In this document: in pieces, positions 38,786 to 47,505 of the stretch
Position numbering within the stretch: the first letter of the stretch is position 1
Layout: the number at the start of each line of letters is the position of its first letter
Source: a virus
Length of the DNA: 64,000 nt
Strand: one strand, 5' to 3'
Virus record (IMG/VR): IMGVR_UViG_3300042988_001121
Location: 64,001-128,000 of that record
Notes under the pieces: generated by a model
What the model was told of the DNA's origin: nothing
What the model saw: only the letters and a program-made list of their open reading frames with translations
Database searches by the model: none
Made by a program: the position numbers and the translations under genes

Positions 38786-39120
38786 CTCGAAATCGATTCG
38801 TACACAGTTACTTTGACTTCTCTTGGCTCTACTTCATAGAATCGATCAAATGTAGAACCATCATAAGAGACGTAACTGCCATCAAATTTGATATAGCAGG
38901 TTTCTTGATCGCGAGTAAATTTATATACTTTCCAATACTCGATCCCCTGATCTTCTCCGCCATATGAGTCAACTATTTTAAAACTAGCATTGATCAGTTC
39001 TTCTAATTCTGGAATTTCTTTCGCCCTATAAAGGTACGCCCCCCAGAAAAATTTATTGATAACATCTTTTTTGTTGTCAGAATCAAGGATGTTTTTAATT
39101 TCGAGGTAAAGTTTAGTCAT
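38782..39120 (-). CDS. hypothetical protein, paralog family A
   Basis: DSYGGEDQG..YW.VYKF..YIKFDGSYVSYDG. Confidence 0.8.
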   Translation of the reverse strand: MTKLYLEIKNILDSDNKKDVINKFFWGAYLYRAKEIPELEELINASFKIVDSYGGEDQGIEYWKVYKFTRDQETCYIKFDGSYVSYDGSTFDRFYEVEPREVKVTVYESISS

Positions 39121-39217
39121 GATTTAAACGGGTTATAAACGATTTAAATTGAAATTGAGAGGTTGATATCAAATCAGCAAGAAACCCGCTTAAAACGGGT
39201 TCTAATGCGTTCTTGGG

Positions 39218-39553
39218 CTATTCGTAGATGGTTTTCATTACTTGCTTAGGAAAAACCTGTTTCACAGATACTACGTTATAACCATCATATGAGCTTCCGC
39301 TGGACACAATCCTAATGAAGAAGCCTTCAATTTGCCAAACCGAAGAAGTTTCATTCAGATAATCGTCTTTTTCTGACTCAATGAAACCAACTACAAGACC
39401 GAATTTATCGGAAAAAATAGCATCTGCTGCATCGGCATATGATGTGTCTTCTTCGTCGTCATAGAAATCGACACACCCAAACGAGTCGGTTGTTCCTAAG
39501 ATATCAACCATCAATTTGTTTTTCGGATGATGGTAAAATTCTGCGTAGTTCAT
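39218..39553 (-). CDS. hypothetical protein, divergent paralog family A
   Basis: FIRIVSSGSSYDG..V.PKQVMKTIYE. Confidence 0.7.
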   Translation of the reverse strand: MNYAEFYHHPKNKLMVDILGTTDSFGCVDFYDDEEDTSYADAADAIFSDKFGLVVGFIESEKDDYLNETSSVWQIEGFFIRIVSSGSSYDGYNVVSVKQVFPKQVMKTIYE

Positions 39554-39576
39554 GTTAATCCTTGTTTTGTGAATCT

Positions 39577-39610
39577 ATTGTAACACAGGAAAACTTATGT
39601 GTAGATTATT
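39577..39610 (-). promoter_or_regulatory. early promoter cassette copy 7
   Basis: AATAATCTACACATAAGTTTTCCTGTGTTACAAT. Confidence 0.9.
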
Positions 39611-39617
39611 AAAAGTG

Positions 39618-39962
39618 TCACTGCATAAGTTCGTCAAGCACTTCGACTTCATCGCCCAGTTTAGAAGCAACATATGCTCGCATTGCAGCCACAAGTGGTG
39701 TTGGTCCTTCTGCACGCCAATCACTGATTCCGTAATCTGACCATGCATGCCATACATCTTTGTCATCAACGATGACTGGGCACAGGTGCATCTTCTCCCG
39801 TTCAATGATATACCCGCCTTGCGCCCAATCTGTGGAGTATAGGCAATCGTCATCATCGTGGAGAACATGGATGTACGTGTCGTCTTCGAACCACAACCCT
39901 TCACACTTAGCCACAACCAAATCGAGCGCAGCGCCTGCCAGTTCACGTGTTTTAACTTTCAT
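39618..39962 (-). CDS. NinX/DUF2591-like protein
   Basis: LAGAALDLVVA..YSTDWAQGGYIIERE..GPTPLVAAMRAYV. Confidence 0.8.
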   Translation of the reverse strand: MKVKTRELAGAALDLVVAKCEGLWFEDDTYIHVLHDDDDCLYSTDWAQGGYIIEREKMHLCPVIVDDKDVWHAWSDYGISDWRAEGPTPLVAAMRAYVASKLGDEVEVLDELMQ

Positions 39963-39986
39963 AACAACTCCTGTTTTGTTGCATCT

Positions 39987-40020
39987 ATTGTATCACATAA
40001 AGTTTTATGTGTAGATTATT
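39987..40020 (-). promoter_or_regulatory. early promoter cassette copy 8
   Basis: AATAATCTACACATAAAACTTTATGTGATACAAT. Confidence 0.9.
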
Positions 40021-40360
40021 TTTTCTTGTACTGGATAACAGTAACTTCTTGAGGCTCTACTTCAAAATACTCATGCAAATGAGCACCATCATAAGATGCA
40101 TAGCTACCATCAAATTTGATATAACAGGTTTCTTCCTCGCGAGTGAATTTGTAGGTAGACCAGAAAGAATCACCTTTTCCTTCGCCACCATAATTGTCAA
40201 CTAATTTAAATTTGATGCCGATCTTCTTCAATTCATTTACGATTACGTCCGATACATCGATGTGGAATAACTCGTCTTCAATAGAATTCTGAAATTTTAA
40301 CTCATCGCCCTCAATAGATTTGCCATCGATGAATTCTTTAATAGTTTCAAATAATGTCAT
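40016..40360 (-). CDS. hypothetical protein, paralog family A
   Basis: DNYGGEGKG..FW.TYKF..YIKFDGSYASYDG. Confidence 0.8.
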   Translation of the reverse strand: MTLFETIKEFIDGKSIEGDELKFQNSIEDELFHIDVSDVIVNELKKIGIKFKLVDNYGGEGKGDSFWSTYKFTREEETCYIKFDGSYASYDGAHLHEYFEVEPQEVTVIQYKKK

Positions 40361-41195
40361 TTTCTTCCTTTAGCTTGTTTACAACAGAATCTACTTTACT
40401 AACGCTGGATGATAACATCATTTTATAGATATCATCATAGTAATCGATAGCAAAGTCACGAAACCAGCCCGAGCAAAGCGTAGTACAAATCTTATCTACC
40501 GAGCGCAGGATAGCCAATTTTGTGAGTAATGGTTTCTCGATCTTCGGTGACACAATAAACCTCTCAATGGCAATAACCATCGCTTCTTCTAATACACACT
40601 CACACTTTTCTTGATGACTAAGTTTCTGCCAGTATTCCTTTTTGCACCATGCTATTGTTGGATCATCTTGAAGTCGCGTATAGAGTGGTTTATCGTAGTA
40701 CGCTACTTGCTCATGTAACCAATCATGATTATAGACTTTAGTCACATAGTCATCAAAGAATTCTTCGTTCTTCTGCATCAAATTTGGATTACCTTGAGGG
40801 TATTCCTTCTTGGTCAACTCAATTCTTTTCACCAGAAACTCGATGGTAGATTCCTTGGCACTTCGCATTGCCTCAACCAAGCCATGCTTATGATAGTGCG
40901 TGATATGTTTCTGGAAGGACAGCGAACGATGTAAGTGGCTACGTTTGATGGCAGCAAGCCCTTCCATTGTCACCACGTTAACCGGAGTGTTGCCGACATG
41001 AATGATCATATCCGAGGCAAACTGACCGATCTCGCTGTTATTAAGAACACTGGTCTTGTGGTGCTCGAAATTTCGTAGATGATCAAACATCATCGGAAAG
41101 TCAGTAACAATGTCCCAATCTGCGTTGTCGTTAATCCTTGCGCTAGGATTCCAGAAATTAAGTGCTCGACTTCCAATGAGGTAATGCATGATCAA
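40347..41195 (-). CDS. nucleotidyltransferase-fold protein
   Basis: LIGSRAL...DWDIV (GS + DxD), then AIKRSH and HDWLHE. Confidence 0.65.
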   Translation of the reverse strand: MIMHYLIGSRALNFWNPSARINDNADWDIVTDFPMMFDHLRNFEHHKTSVLNNSEIGQFASDMIIHVGNTPVNVVTMEGLAAIKRSHLHRSLSFQKHITHYHKHGLVEAMRSAKESTIEFLVKRIELTKKEYPQGNPNLMQKNEEFFDDYVTKVYNHDWLHEQVAYYDKPLYTRLQDDPTIAWCKKEYWQKLSHQEKCECVLEEAMVIAIERFIVSPKIEKPLLTKLAILRSVDKICTTLCSGWFRDFAIDYYDDIYKMMLSSSVSKVDSVVNKLKEENDII

Positions 41196-41213
41196 ATCCT
41201 ATTATTCAAAATT

Positions 41214-41663
41214 TCATTTAGCCGCGCCATGTTGCTCTAGTAGTTCGATCAATTGTTTTTTGGTCATTTTTTCGTATTTCGACACTTCAACAGAAGGAAC
41301 TGTAATTTCTGCCAGATCACCGTCAAGAAATTGAAACCTATTAAGGTATTTTTCCTTTTCTTCAATTTGGTTTTCGGCTTCGTACCTTGCCAGAGTTTTC
41401 ATAATGTCTTGCTTCGTTATGACACCCCAACAACTGATTTTTTCTTTAATAGGAAGTTCTGTTGGCACGATGGCAATTCCCCTTGTTATGGAAACAACTT
41501 TTGCGCGAATCCCAAATGATCCTTTGTCATATCCAATAAAATAATTCAAATAATAATTATAACCACCCGTAAACCAAACAATGTCGCCTATTTTGCATTT
41601 ATCGAATTTTTTCTGTGCAGCCGCTGTTTTAGGATAAGTTGTGTAATCTATTTTCATGATCAA
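41214..41663 (-). CDS. hypothetical protein
   Basis: ORF in packed operon. Confidence 0.65.
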   Translation of the reverse strand: MIMKIDYTTYPKTAAAQKKFDKCKIGDIVWFTGGYNYYLNYFIGYDKGSFGIRAKVVSITRGIAIVPTELPIKEKISCWGVITKQDIMKTLARYEAENQIEEKEKYLNRFQFLDGDLAEITVPSVEVSKYEKMTKKQLIELLEQHGAAK

Positions 41664-41926
41664 GCTAAATTTTGAAGTGAATTAACAGTTACTTCTGATG
41701 GGATCGCTTTATCGAATTTTACCACAAAATTCTCAAACTCGTAAAGTGTCGATAAATCTTCTATTGTTCCAATGTAGTTTTTCAGCGTACTGTTAGGCTT
41801 ATACTGCTTCATCATGATTACATGCTCTTGTAGGTAAGCGCGTGTCACTCGCAAAGCGGTTACATTATCAATATCAACTTTCATCTTCAACTCCGTCACA
41901 CCATGCACCAACATGAAGATCGACAT
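41660..41926 (-). CDS. hypothetical protein
   Basis: ORF in packed operon; start uncertain. Confidence 0.5.
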   Translation of the reverse strand: MSIFMLVHGVTELKMKVDIDNVTALRVTRAYLQEHVIMMKQYKPNSTLKNYIGTIEDLSTLYEFENFVVKFDKAIPSEVTVNSLQNLA

Positions 41927-42056
41927 TGGTTTTGTTTGAGTAAAAGTTTATCCCCTCGATATCAAATGAACCCGGAGATAGCTCTACTATCATTTTTACA
42001 TCATACTCGCGCAAGAGGGCGAAAAGTTTTTCTTTGAATTCTTCTGTCTTTTCCAT
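41874..42056 (-). CDS. hypothetical protein
   Basis: Likely start MEKTEEFK. Confidence 0.5.
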   Translation of the reverse strand: MEKTEEFKEKLFALLREYDVKMIVELSPGSFDIEGINFYSNKTNVDLHVGAWCDGVEDES

Positions 42057-42072
42057 TTGTTTTTTCTTGTTA

Positions 42073-42369
42073 TTATTGACGATGGAAGATGTGCAATGCC
42101 TTTGCGAAGAAGGTAGGTTTACCGCCTTCTTGTGAGCGTTGTCCGTTTTCGAACACACCAACTGAATAGGCACCATTCAGCCGCAATGCGGCAGCAGGAT
42201 GAACGACTACCACTCCTGCAAATTCGCCTTTACTGGCAACATCAGATGGTGTTACGCTGAATGCGTCCATGTCGCCAACTACTACCAACTCGATCCCTTT
42301 TTCGGCAGCTAGTTCTGCCTGTTCTGTGGTTGGAACATGACGAGAAATGAATGCATAGGTAGTAGACAT
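42073..42369 (-). CDS. hypothetical protein
   Basis: SD GGAG; first gene after cassette copy 9. Confidence 0.75.
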   Translation of the reverse strand: MSTTYAFISRHVPTTEQAELAAEKGIELVVVGDMDAFSVTPSDVASKGEFAGVVVVHPAAALRLNGAYSVGVFENGQRSQEGGKPTFFAKALHIFHRQ

Positions 42370-42399
42370 TTTGGACTCCGTTTCATTGTTGATGGTGTT

Positions 42400-42432
42400 A
42401 TTGTATCACATAAATTTTATGTGTAGATTATT
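42400..42432 (-). promoter_or_regulatory. early promoter cassette copy 9
   Basis: AATAATCTACACATAAAATTTATGTGATACAAT. Confidence 0.9.
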
Positions 42433-42856
42433 TTGATGAGCATTCCAAGCAAGCCACGGAATCAATTATGAAAATAAAATGACCGCCTCGGTTTTCTTGA
42501 TAGAAAACTTCATCCCAAATGTAGTATGAGTTGTTACGTAGAGCACGGATTAAAGCCTCGTTGCCACTCCATCCAACTGTTGACATTGATATAAAGTTTT
42601 TGCCATCTTTTTTGTAGCGAGCCATCGTGCCATAAGCCTTTACGCCCCACCAACATTTTTCCAGCATGTCGAATAGCTCGGGAATCATGAACGAAGACCA
42701 ATTCTCGATTGCATCGTACAATTCTTCTGTCGGATAGCCATCTGAATCGAGATACCCATTCACCTCAAGGCTAGCGATGTGGTCGCGAGTGATCTTCATC
42801 TGATCATCAATTCGCGCTTGGATTTCTTCGTCAGTCAGTCGTTTAATTTGACTCAT
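42428..42856 (-). CDS. hypothetical protein
   Basis: MSQIKR...STVGWSGNE..IRAL..W..RGGH. Confidence 0.75.
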   Translation of the reverse strand: MSQIKRLTDEEIQARIDDQMKITRDHIASLEVNGYLDSDGYPTEELYDAIENWSSFMIPELFDMLEKCWWGVKAYGTMARYKKDGKNFISMSTVGWSGNEALIRALRNNSYYIWDEVFYQENRGGHFIFIIDSVACLECSSK

Positions 42857-42912
42857 GTTGATTCCAATAAGTTGTACTTGAACCCTTCCCATGAGCATTC
42901 CAAGCAAGCCAC
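42436..42912. repeat. 22-bp perfect direct repeat (42436-42457 and 42891-42912)
   Basis: ATGAGCATTCCAAGCAAGCCAC at both positions. Confidence 0.9.
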
Positions 42913-42962
42913 AGGTGCATCACCATCGCCTAGTTTAACGGAATGACAGAAGAATTCTTCAT

Positions 42963-44340
42963 TCTTGTTTTAGTAAGGAAACCTAACGACTAAAGATCGT
43001 TAGGAGGAATTGCGTTAAAAATCTTATCTTAAATACGATTATACAACAAACATCCCATTATGTCAACCCAACTTCGCGCCTACAAATACAGACTGTATCC
43101 AGATGTTGCTCAAACAGCAACGCTGGCACAGTTCTTTGGTGCGAAGCGTTGGATTTTCAATCATTTTCTCAATGAACAAAAAACTCGGTTTGATAATAAA
43201 GAAACCCACTTGAGTAACTTTGATTGTAACAAGTTGATTACAGAATTGAAGAAACAAGAAGATACCGATTGGCTTCGTGGGATTGATGATTGGGTCTTAA
43301 AAAGTTCATCAGAAGATTTAAGTGTAGCATACAAAAATTTCTTTGCTTCTATTACAGGAAAACGAAAAGGTCCGAATGTTAAGCCCCCTACCTTCAAGTC
43401 AAAAAATTCCAGACAGAGTTACAGAACTCGTGGCATCAAAATTGATTTTGAGAATAATTTAATTACCGTTCCAAAGATCAAGAGCATCAAGTGTATTATT
43501 CATCGTCAATTCGTAGGAACAATTAAACAAGCAACTGTTTCTAAGAATACTGATGGTCGTTATTATATTTCCATTCTGGTCGATGAAACTATCCAGTTGA
43601 AGCAAATGACTCATCGGGAAGTTGGTATTGACTTTGGGCTTAGAGATTTAGCTATTTTATCAACAGGAGTCAAATTCAATCATCCAGAACAAATGCTTTC
43701 AAGAACCAAGAAAGCATTGAAAAGAGCACAAAGAATCCTTGCTCGTAAAACAAAAGGGTCTAATTCTTATCATAAACAGCGTTTAGTTGTAGCAAAATTG
43801 TATTCAAGACTAACTCGAATGAGGAATGAATATTATCATCTGATTTCTCGTTACTTGGTTAATAATTTTGACGCAATATACCTTGAAGATTTAAACGTCA
43901 ATGGAATGTTGAAGAATCGTAGGTTATCAAGAAAGATACACGAAACCGCTTGGTCTACTTTGAAGAATATGATCAAGTATAAAGCAAATTATGCTGGAAA
44001 GACTGTTCATGAAATCAACCGTTGGCTCCCATCATCCAAGACTTGTTCTTGCTGTGGTTACAAACTTGACAAACTGAATCTCGATGTTCGTGAATGGACT
44101 TGTCCAGTTTGTAACGAGCACCATGACCGTGACCTAAACGCTGCTATAAACATTCTGAATCAAGGTCAAATTGATCTTTATGATTCTAAACAAAATTCCA
44201 GCGCAACACTGGAATTGGAGGCTTCGCCTCCAATGGCTTTGCAGAAACATTCTATGAAAATCGAGAGGTCCAGTTCTAAACGAACTGGTTGGAATGGGGA
44301 GCAAGCAAGCCTAACAGTATTTAGCTGTTAGGTGGTTGAC
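42963..44340 (+). mobile_element. non-autonomous IS200/IS605-family (IS1341-like) element, TnpB only
   Basis: LE hairpin CCTAACGA-ctaaaga-TCGTTAGG; RE hairpin CCTAACAG-tatttag-CTGTTAGG followed by TGGTTGAC; preceded by TCAT. Confidence 0.88.
43060..44331 (+). CDS. tnpB: TnpB RNA-guided endonuclease (IS605 OrfB)
   Basis: RAYKYRLYP HTH; RuvC GIDFG / YLEDL / DRDLNA; Zn finger CSCC..CPVC. Confidence 0.96.
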   Translation: MSTQLRAYKYRLYPDVAQTATLAQFFGAKRWIFNHFLNEQKTRFDNKETHLSNFDCNKLITELKKQEDTDWLRGIDDWVLKSSSEDLSVAYKNFFASITGKRKGPNVKPPTFKSKNSRQSYRTRGIKIDFENNLITVPKIKSIKCIIHRQFVGTIKQATVSKNTDGRYYISILVDETIQLKQMTHREVGIDFGLRDLAILSTGVKFNHPEQMLSRTKKALKRAQRILARKTKGSNSYHKQRLVVAKLYSRLTRMRNEYYHLISRYLVNNFDAIYLEDLNVNGMLKNRRLSRKIHETAWSTLKNMIKYKANYAGKTVHEINRWLPSSKTCSCCGYKLDKLNLDVREWTCPVCNEHHDRDLNAAINILNQGQIDLYDSKQNSSATLELEASPPMALQKHSMKIERSSSKRTGWNGEQASLTVFSC

Positions 44341-44768
44341 AATAAACGTCCCATGAGTCTTTGTGTTGTCGGTAGATCGCGATATCGCGAACACCTTCTT
44401 TATGCCGCATTCGTTCCAGAACTTTTGATGTGTTCTTGCGAGTCTTCAAACTGATTTTAACACAATCTCTGCCAACAGTAAAGTAGATGTAAATACAATA
44501 ACGGATTTTAGGTTTCCTTGCTTTACGTTTCCTTGCAATTTGTTTTCGTGTTAACCGATCATCGGGATCATGGCTCACCGCAATCACGGCAGGATGTGCA
44601 TGCAGCAGAATTTTAGTCATCTGTTCGTCATAGTAAAGATACCCTAGCTTGCATTCGTATCTTTCGCTGTTCCATTCAACAATCGCGTATTTGTTGTCAT
44701 CATAAGCAAGTAACGTGACTTCCTTGATCGAGTGGTCATCTTCCTCGAATGGATAGTCGGTAAAGAAT

Positions 44769-45035
44769 TTACGCATTTCGGTTTAACCTTTCTCTTGCAG
44801 ACATTGCAAAATAAGACCAGTTACCACACTTATCCTCGGTTCGCAAAAGATCACGTGCGGTATAGGAAATGTCTGTCTTACTAAAGCACCGAGCCTCTTG
44901 GTTCAAGATTCCGTTAGTGAAACATCTAACGTGATAAGCACCGTTGATTTTTCTGACCTGAATTTCGTGTTCTACTTCGTCCAACATAACTCGCGAAATT
45001 TGTAATACTGTTTCGTAACGTGGTTTCGTTTTCAT
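44769..45035 (-). CDS. hypothetical protein
   Basis: ATGA overlap with the 3' half of the split gene. Confidence 0.65.
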   Translation of the reverse strand: MKTKPRYETVLQISRVMLDEVEHEIQVRKINGAYHVRCFTNGILNQEARCFSKTDISYTARDLLRTEDKCGNWSYFAMSARERLNRNA

Positions 45036-45101
45036 AATTTACTCACAATGTCATTTACAGTTTCACGGTTAGAAAAGATTCTACCACTAACATGCCAATA
45101 A

Positions 45102-46337
45102 TCATGCCGTTTTATAAAAATCTATAAAACTGACTAGACATTTCAACGAGGTTGCTTTTGGTAACTCCAAAAGACTTACATCCTCTCTATGTCTGTAATC
45201 GGCTGATTCGTCCGATGTGAATCCATAAAGGTCATTCATACCTTTATTGTAAATGTTAACAGCAGCATTCAAGTCTCTATTATGATGGGAACCACAAGAA
45301 GGACAATCCCACTCTCTTATCGATAGCTCCATCTTTTCAATTCTATGACCACAAGAAGAACATGTCTTACTAGAAGGGTAGAAACGATCTATTTTATGGA
45401 AAGTTCTACCTCGCCAATTAGATTTATATGAAATCATTGACACCAATGATGACCATGATGCATCAGATATAGATTTTGATAATTTTCTATTCTTCAGCAT
45501 TCCTTTTATGTTCAAGTCTTCCATTACAATCGTATCATAATTTTTTACAAGCCAAGAACTGATATTGTGGTGAATAAAAGATCGCTGGTTACTAACTTCT
45601 CTGTGAATTCTAGCAACTTTTGTTCTTTGTATTTCCCTTCTATTGGAACCTTCTTGTTTTCTACTAAAGTGCTGCTGTGCGGTTTTTAGCTTCGCTTGGT
45701 TTTTACGAAACCATTTTGGATTAGAGATTTTCATTCCGTTACTAAGAATGCACAAATCTGTTAATCCAAGATCAACACCAATAGTTTTACCTGTTTGTTC
45801 GTAAAGAACTACGTCTTCTTCAACTAGAACAGATACAAAATATTGGTTTGTTTTATTTTTAGAGACAGTAACCGACTTGACCTGCCCATAAAACTTTCTA
45901 TCAATGACCACCTTCAATGGAGACATTTTAGGCAGTTTAATTTTACTGGTATCGAAATTTATGAATTTATTGAAGCCTATAGCCTGCCCCGGTATTCTGA
46001 AAGAATCTGTTGACACGCCCTTTTTCTTAAATTTCATCCTACCAAGTTTTGTTTTCCTTGAAGGGTTAAAATATTGCTTCTTTGTTTCAATGAAATCCAT
46101 GCGTTTTTGCTGAAGCGCATAACTTATTGTATCATTGAGCCAAGAAAACTCAGGCATATCTTTCAATATCTTTTCATCCATCGGTCGGTTCGGACCGTCC
46201 TTGCTATATGAATTGAAATTTGCCACCAGTTGATTCCAAACAAAACGCACGCAACCAAAAGTAGAATCCAAAAATTTAGACTGCTCTTTTGTTGGGTATA
46301 CCCTATATTTGTAGGCTCGAATTTGTTTTGGCATCAT
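45102..46337 (-). CDS. tnpB: TnpB RNA-guided endonuclease (IS607)
   Basis: RAYKYRVYP; GVDLG / VMEDL / NRDLNA; CSSC..CPSC. Confidence 0.96.
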   Translation of the reverse strand: MMPKQIRAYKYRVYPTKEQSKFLDSTFGCVRFVWNQLVANFNSYSKDGPNRPMDEKILKDMPEFSWLNDTISYALQQKRMDFIETKKQYFNPSRKTKLGRMKFKKKGVSTDSFRIPGQAIGFNKFINFDTSKIKLPKMSPLKVVIDRKFYGQVKSVTVSKNKTNQYFVSVLVEEDVVLYEQTGKTIGVDLGLTDLCILSNGMKISNPKWFRKNQAKLKTAQQHFSRKQEGSNRREIQRTKVARIHREVSNQRSFIHHNISSWLVKNYDTIVMEDLNIKGMLKNRKLSKSISDASWSSLVSMISYKSNWRGRTFHKIDRFYPSSKTCSSCGHRIEKMELSIREWDCPSCGSHHNRDLNAAVNIYNKGMNDLYGFTSDESADYRHREDVSLLELPKATSLKCLVSFIDFYKTA

Positions 46338-46362
46338 AAAACTATAAAAATTATATAGTTAT

Positions 46363-46956
46363 TTATTGTTTGTCTACTTTCAATGTCTCTATTAGTTCAA
46401 TTGTTTTTCTCTTACTGCGCCGTTTACCATAAATTCTGGCGCAGAAAGATGTTATCTCTGACACGAAATCTTGTACGATATCTTCATTCCCGACAGAAAC
46501 TTGGTTCACGACTTCTATTTCTTTTTTATTCGCACGAAGCATAGTTTCTATGTAATTAAAACCAAACCGAGTCAGTCGGTCTTTGTGTTCAACGACAATC
46601 TTGGTAAAATCTTGTTCGGATAATAACTTTTGTAATTTTGGGCGCGAATCGTTAAGACCAGAACCAAATTCTGTTATTACATCATGAATTTTATATCCGC
46701 GAGCAGTGCAATATGAAATCATCCTATCTTTTTGAGATTCTAGATTAGTTTTATTGACTGTGCTACTAACACGACAGTATATAACGATTTTTTCTTCGCT
46801 TTTCTCTTTGACGCCGATAAATTTATTATATGTTTCTGTGTCAACAAAATTCATACCGCCGATTTTATGGAACTTTAGTTTACCGGCAGATTTCCAGTTC
46901 CATAAAGTCATTTTGGTAACACCTAGGTCTTTAGCAAATTTACTCAACTTAATCAT
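46363..46956 (-). CDS. tnpA: IS607 TnpA serine recombinase with N-terminal MerR-like HTH
   Basis: LGVTKMTLWNW HTH; IYCRVSS, EFGSGLNDSRP, VEHKDRLTRFGF, SFCARIYG. Confidence 0.96.
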   Translation of the reverse strand: MIKLSKFAKDLGVTKMTLWNWKSAGKLKFHKIGGMNFVDTETYNKFIGVKEKSEEKIVIYCRVSSTVNKTNLESQKDRMISYCTARGYKIHDVITEFGSGLNDSRPKLQKLLSEQDFTKIVVEHKDRLTRFGFNYIETMLRANKKEIEVVNQVSVGNEDIVQDFVSEITSFCARIYGKRRSKRKTIELIETLKVDKQ

Positions 46957-47193
46957 AAACTTTTGGTAAATATTATATAGTTTTTGGTTGGATTATTTAT
47001 TTATATATTATATTCAGGCAATCCGTTGGAATAAACGCCGCGCTTCCAATGATATCCAGAAGTATCGGTGACTTCAACAACTTCCCCGCATCGAGTCACA
47101 TAATTTCCTGCGCCATCAATGATTCGAGGAAAAGAAATGAAAAACGCTTCATACGGTATGTTTGCCACGATAAACTCCTGTTTTGTTGAATCT

Positions 47194-47225
47194 ATTGTAT
47201 CACATGAAACAGTTTATGTAGATTT
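47194..47225 (-). promoter_or_regulatory. early promoter cassette copy 10 (variant)
   Basis: AAATCTACATAAACTGTTTCATGTGATACAAT. Confidence 0.75.
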
Positions 47226-47447
47226 GTCGCCAAACTTCTTAAAAATAACTTTTGGGGTCGGGTTTGCCATGAAATTAATAAAAGCAATAATGACGACAAG
47301 CACATTGATCATTGGCAAGAATGAAACGAGCGCGAATCCCACAAGATCGGGTGCAGTCACATCATCTGTTTTTCTTTGTGTGTAAATGAATCCCATGAAC
47401 AAGAGGCTACTGAAAATAAAGTAACCGACTACTGTGTAATTGAACAT
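47214..47447 (-). CDS. small two-TM membrane protein
   Basis: Two hydrophobic segments; SD AGGAG. Confidence 0.7.
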   Translation of the reverse strand: MFNYTVVGYFIFSSLLFMGFIYTQRKTDDVTAPDLVGFALVSFLPMINVLVVIIAFINFMANPTPKVIFKKFGDKST

Positions 47448-47472
47448 GATTAACTCCTGTTTTGTTGAATCT

Positions 47473-47505
47473 ATTGTATCACAGGCAAACTTATGTGTAG
47501 ATTAT
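47473..47505 (-). promoter_or_regulatory. early promoter cassette copy 11
   Basis: ATAATCTACACATAAGTTTGCCTGTGATACAAT. Confidence 0.9.

Larger units (their letters stand above)
42853..44776 (-). pseudogene. gene interrupted by the IS200/IS605-type element (5' part 44341-44776, 3' part 42853-42962)
   Basis: Joining the halves gives an in-frame 181-aa ORF ...DSWDVY|YEEFFCHSVKLGDGDAPVACLECSWEGFKYNLLEST*. Confidence 0.8.
45098..47012 (-). mobile_element. complete IS607-family element (serine-recombinase TnpA + TnpB)
   Basis: tnpA-tnpB pair; TAT core present at both junctions (47010-47012 and 45098-45100). Confidence 0.92.
45032..47168 (-). pseudogene. small gene interrupted by IS607 (5' part 47010-47168, 3' part 45032-45097)
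   Basis: GTG start after SD AGGAG; joined ORF ...GVYSNGLPEY|WHVSGRIFSNRETVNDIVSKL* (74 aa). Confidence 0.8.

Noticed and set aside
44289-44311. Short matches (TTGGAATG, CAAGCAAGCC) between the TnpB 3' scaffold and the 22-bp repeat at 42436/42891
   Set aside because: Only 8-10 nt, inside the scaffold rather than the guide; plausibly chance.
45098-47012. IS607 as an IStron (group I intron + IS) that splices out to restore the split gene
   Set aside because: Only ~50 AT-rich bp lie between the left end and tnpA, leaving no room for a group I intron core.
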